Assembly (NCBI GenBank): GCA_964619725.1
Contig: CAZUFC010000140.1
Coordinates: 1 to 19,743, forward strand
Direction: 5' to 3'
From: an uncultured bacterium
GTDB taxonomy: Bacteria; CSSED10-310; CAZUFC01
Length of the DNA: 19,743 nt
A program made the position numbers and the translations under genes. This document shows, piece after piece, positions 17,517-19,743 of this stretch (position 1 is its first letter; every line of letters begins with the position of its first letter). The notes under the pieces are model-generated. The model saw only the letters and a program-made list of their open reading frames with translations, did not search any database and was not told the origin of the DNA.

Positions 17517-17573
17517 CAGTGACTGTCCAGCATTAAATTTTGAATCGACAATCGAGTTTATGGACAGGCACTA
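17517..17573. repeat. Short element with inverted ends (REP/MITE-like), near-identical inverted copy of 715-770
   Basis: Ends are CAGTGACTGTCCA ... TGGACAGGCACTA (11/13 inverted match). 45/51 identical to 718-768 in reverse complement. Confidence 0.9.
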
Positions 17574-17737
17574 ATTGGTTTCTGTCCACAGACGGCTATT
17601 TTGATCATCACCGTTTTTTTCGCTGCAGGAGATTTCGGGTAAAATCTGCGGCCCCGGAAGCAAAGTTGGGCTTGAACTCCGCTGATGTTTTATATACATT
17701 TCAAGAAGCAGCATTTTTTTTTCTGAGGGAACATGAG

Positions 17738-18946
17738 ATGATGCGGAGTTTAATGACAAGCTTCAAGGAAGAAGGAATGGAAACGAATATTGAAAGGAGC
17801 GAAGCGGAAGAGAAGGCGAGCAGCCTTAAGAGTTTCAGGATAAGGCTGTATGCGGGGCTTGCGATTGCCGCCTTATTATTGGCTCTGATCGTTTATTTAT
17901 GGCCGTTGCTCAAGCCGGTGTTCCTGGCGTTCTTTCTGGCGTACGCTCTGCATCCGATCATCGAGAGGTTTGCGCATAGCAGGACTCAGAGGATGCTGGC
18001 CGTGGTGGTTGTCCTGTTCATTTTTATCCTGGTTTTTCTTTTATTTTTACTTTTTTTCATTCCGACGCTGTTTGCGGAGGTTCAGACGTTCATCCAGAAT
18101 TTTCCGAAGTATCAGAAGGAAATCCAGACGTTTTACCTGGACGTACTTATTCCGTGGTTTGACGAGAATCTTGAAGTTCAGCTTCCCCAGTACCGTGAGG
18201 ATTTCCAGTTATTGGCCGGGCAGCGTTTGAAGGATGTCGTTCCTTTGATATGGAGTACGATAAAAACGACGGTAATGGGAGCATTTACCGGAACGCTTGG
18301 GGTAGCGGGCACCTTGTTTTACTTGTTTCTGATTCCGTTTTTCCTCTTTTTCTTTTTAAGAGATTTCGACAGGTTCAAAAAGGTGGCTAAAGAAGCCATT
18401 CCTTATCGGACGAGGCCTTTCGTTTTGCCGTTAATTCTGGAAATCGACGAGACGCTGGCCCGCTATTTCAGGGGAATCCTGATCGTGATGATCGTGTTGA
18501 CTTCCTTGTATATTACAGGTTTGCGGCTGATAGGACTGGAGGGCGCTGTAGCTATAGGCGCGCTTTCCGGCATTCTTTACGTGCTCCCTTATGTCGGTCC
18601 CACAATAGCTTACGTCATAGCCTTGATCATCTCGCTGCTCAATCTGAAAACCGGATGGACACTCGTCTGGATATCCATTCTCTACCTTCTGGGAACTCAG
18701 TTGGAAAGCTGGGTCCTGACGCCGCACATCAGCGGCGAAAAAGCCGGCCTGGCGGCCTGGCAGGTCATACTGTCGGTCATCGTATGCGCCTCTTTGTTCG
18801 GAGTCATTGGGGTCATTATAGCCATACCGCTCGGCGCCGTCCTGAAAATCCTGGCTAAACGTCTATTTCATCTTTACAAGAATTCTGATTTTTATCGGGG
18901 TTCTTCGAAGAACCATTACAATCAACCCGAACTGCCGTTCAAGTAA
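17738..18946 (+). CDS. AI-2E family transporter (PerM/UPF0118)
   Basis: PVFLAFFLAYALHP, FFFLRD, LARYFRG, LPYVGP, QLESWVLTP..G, LFGVIGVIIAIPLGA. Start is likely ATG 17738 (GAGGGA 7 nt upstream) or 17777, rather than 17540. Confidence 0.93.
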   Translation: MMRSLMTSFKEEGMETNIERSEAEEKASSLKSFRIRLYAGLAIAALLLALIVYLWPLLKPVFLAFFLAYALHPIIERFAHSRTQRMLAVVVVLFIFILVFLLFLLFFIPTLFAEVQTFIQNFPKYQKEIQTFYLDVLIPWFDENLEVQLPQYREDFQLLAGQRLKDVVPLIWSTIKTTVMGAFTGTLGVAGTLFYLFLIPFFLFFFLRDFDRFKKVAKEAIPYRTRPFVLPLILEIDETLARYFRGILIVMIVLTSLYITGLRLIGLEGAVAIGALSGILYVLPYVGPTIAYVIALIISLLNLKTGWTLVWISILYLLGTQLESWVLTPHISGEKAGLAAWQVILSVIVCASLFGVIGVIIAIPLGAVLKILAKRLFHLYKNSDFYRGSSKNHYNQPELPFK

Positions 18947-18996
18947 TCGGAATTTTTTTCTATCAGGCCGCTCCTGCCAGGAATTTCCGTTTTTTG

Positions 18997-19025
18997 TTGT
19001 GAAAATTCCCGAATGCCTGTAGTAT
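18997..19025 (+). promoter_or_regulatory. Putative sigma70-type promoter
   Basis: TTGTGA-17 nt-TAGTAT. Confidence 0.45.
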
Positions 19026-19055
19026 TACTTCATCATGTCGCTCAGGGGGAAAGAA

Positions 19056-19703
19056 ATGTGCAGAATTTGGGTTGGAATTTTAATTGCGACGAATTGTGGA
19101 GTCGCATTGGGTTACTGGGATTATTCGGAGCCTTACATGATAATGATCGAAAAGATGCGGAGCGGAGAAACGGATTACATTTATGAAAAACTGGAAAAGA
19201 ATCCTGAGAAGTGGATAAACATAATTCTTTTCGGGGCTATGCAATCCGGAATGCGGAAGCTGGAAGCGGGCGAATGCGTAGAAGAAACCGATGAGCTTCA
19301 ATTGTTGAAGTTGGCAGCCGAAAGATTGGCGGATTACAATGAATCTTATTCGTTGAAGGTATTATGCGAAAAAGTGGACTGGAGCGACGAATTTACCCTC
19401 ATTCTGCTTGAAGAAAAAATCAAACTCATAATACGGATATTCGATGTTTTGAATCAGAGCAGGGATTTGAATGAAGGGTTGCAGAATATTCAAAAACTGG
19501 AAAAAACGAACGAAGTCATGAACATGTTTTTTTTCGATATGTATGCTTCATATTTAAAGGGAATTATTTACAGTTATCGGGAGAGGTTTGAGCTTGCCCT
19601 GGAGGCTTATTCAAGGTTGGTCTATTTATCGTTTAAATATCATTCTCCATTTTTTCAGACATTGGGTTATTCAGAAAAGGGTCGTATCATCAGAGTTCGT
19701 TAA
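19056..19703 (+). CDS. Hypothetical helical protein with a signal-peptide-like N-terminus and a C-terminal TPR-like motif; possibly truncated
   Basis: AGGGGGA before ATG 19056. YASYLKGIIYSYRERFELALEAYSRL fits the TPR pattern. The stop falls early in what looks like a second repeat. Confidence 0.7.
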   Translation: MCRIWVGILIATNCGVALGYWDYSEPYMIMIEKMRSGETDYIYEKLEKNPEKWINIILFGAMQSGMRKLEAGECVEETDELQLLKLAAERLADYNESYSLKVLCEKVDWSDEFTLILLEEKIKLIIRIFDVLNQSRDLNEGLQNIQKLEKTNEVMNMFFFDMYASYLKGIIYSYRERFELALEAYSRLVYLSFKYHSPFFQTLGYSEKGRIIRVR

Positions 19704-19743
19704 AAAAGTTGCCCTGAAGGCAACAGAAAATCCATTAAGCATT

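Noticed and set aside
17540-17737. N-terminal extension of the AI-2E transporter
   Set aside because: It starts inside a dispersed repeat, is not typical of the family, and a candidate promoter (TTGAAC-17-TACATT, 17672-17700) and RBS lie downstream.
18948-18996. Terminator after the AI-2E gene
   Set aside because: A T-tract is present, but the stem (CGGAA/TTCCG plus CAGG/CCTG) is weak and interrupted.

Overview
Bacterial genomic segment with 11 well-supported CDSs and no rRNA, tRNA, CRISPR array or transposase. Left to right: a ~1680-aa secreted S8 (subtilisin/bacillopeptidase F-like) protease with two very long Pro/Thr stalks and an IPTL-CTERM-like C-terminal anchor (-); a ROK-family fructokinase (-); a GT-C (PMT/ArnT-like) membrane glycosyltransferase; etfB-etfA; a single-TM charged hypothetical protein; a D-2-hydroxyacid dehydrogenase; an internally duplicated hypothetical protein (-); an alkaline-phosphatase-superfamily lipoprotein; a hypothetical protein (-); an AI-2E transporter; and a TPR-like protein. 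The most unusual content is non-coding. The intergenic regions 1-909 and 7143-8219 share a modular dispersed repeat family: an 'A' end-module in at least 5 full or partial copies in both orientations, a ~200-bp 'B' body with a 7-unit GTCCCTT array, and a 32-bp minisatellite. A second family of ~50-57-bp elements with GCCTGTCCA...TGGACAGGC-type inverted ends occurs three times. A promoter-delimited structured leader lies upstream of the fructokinase. All alignments were done by eye, no databases were searched, and novelty is unverified.
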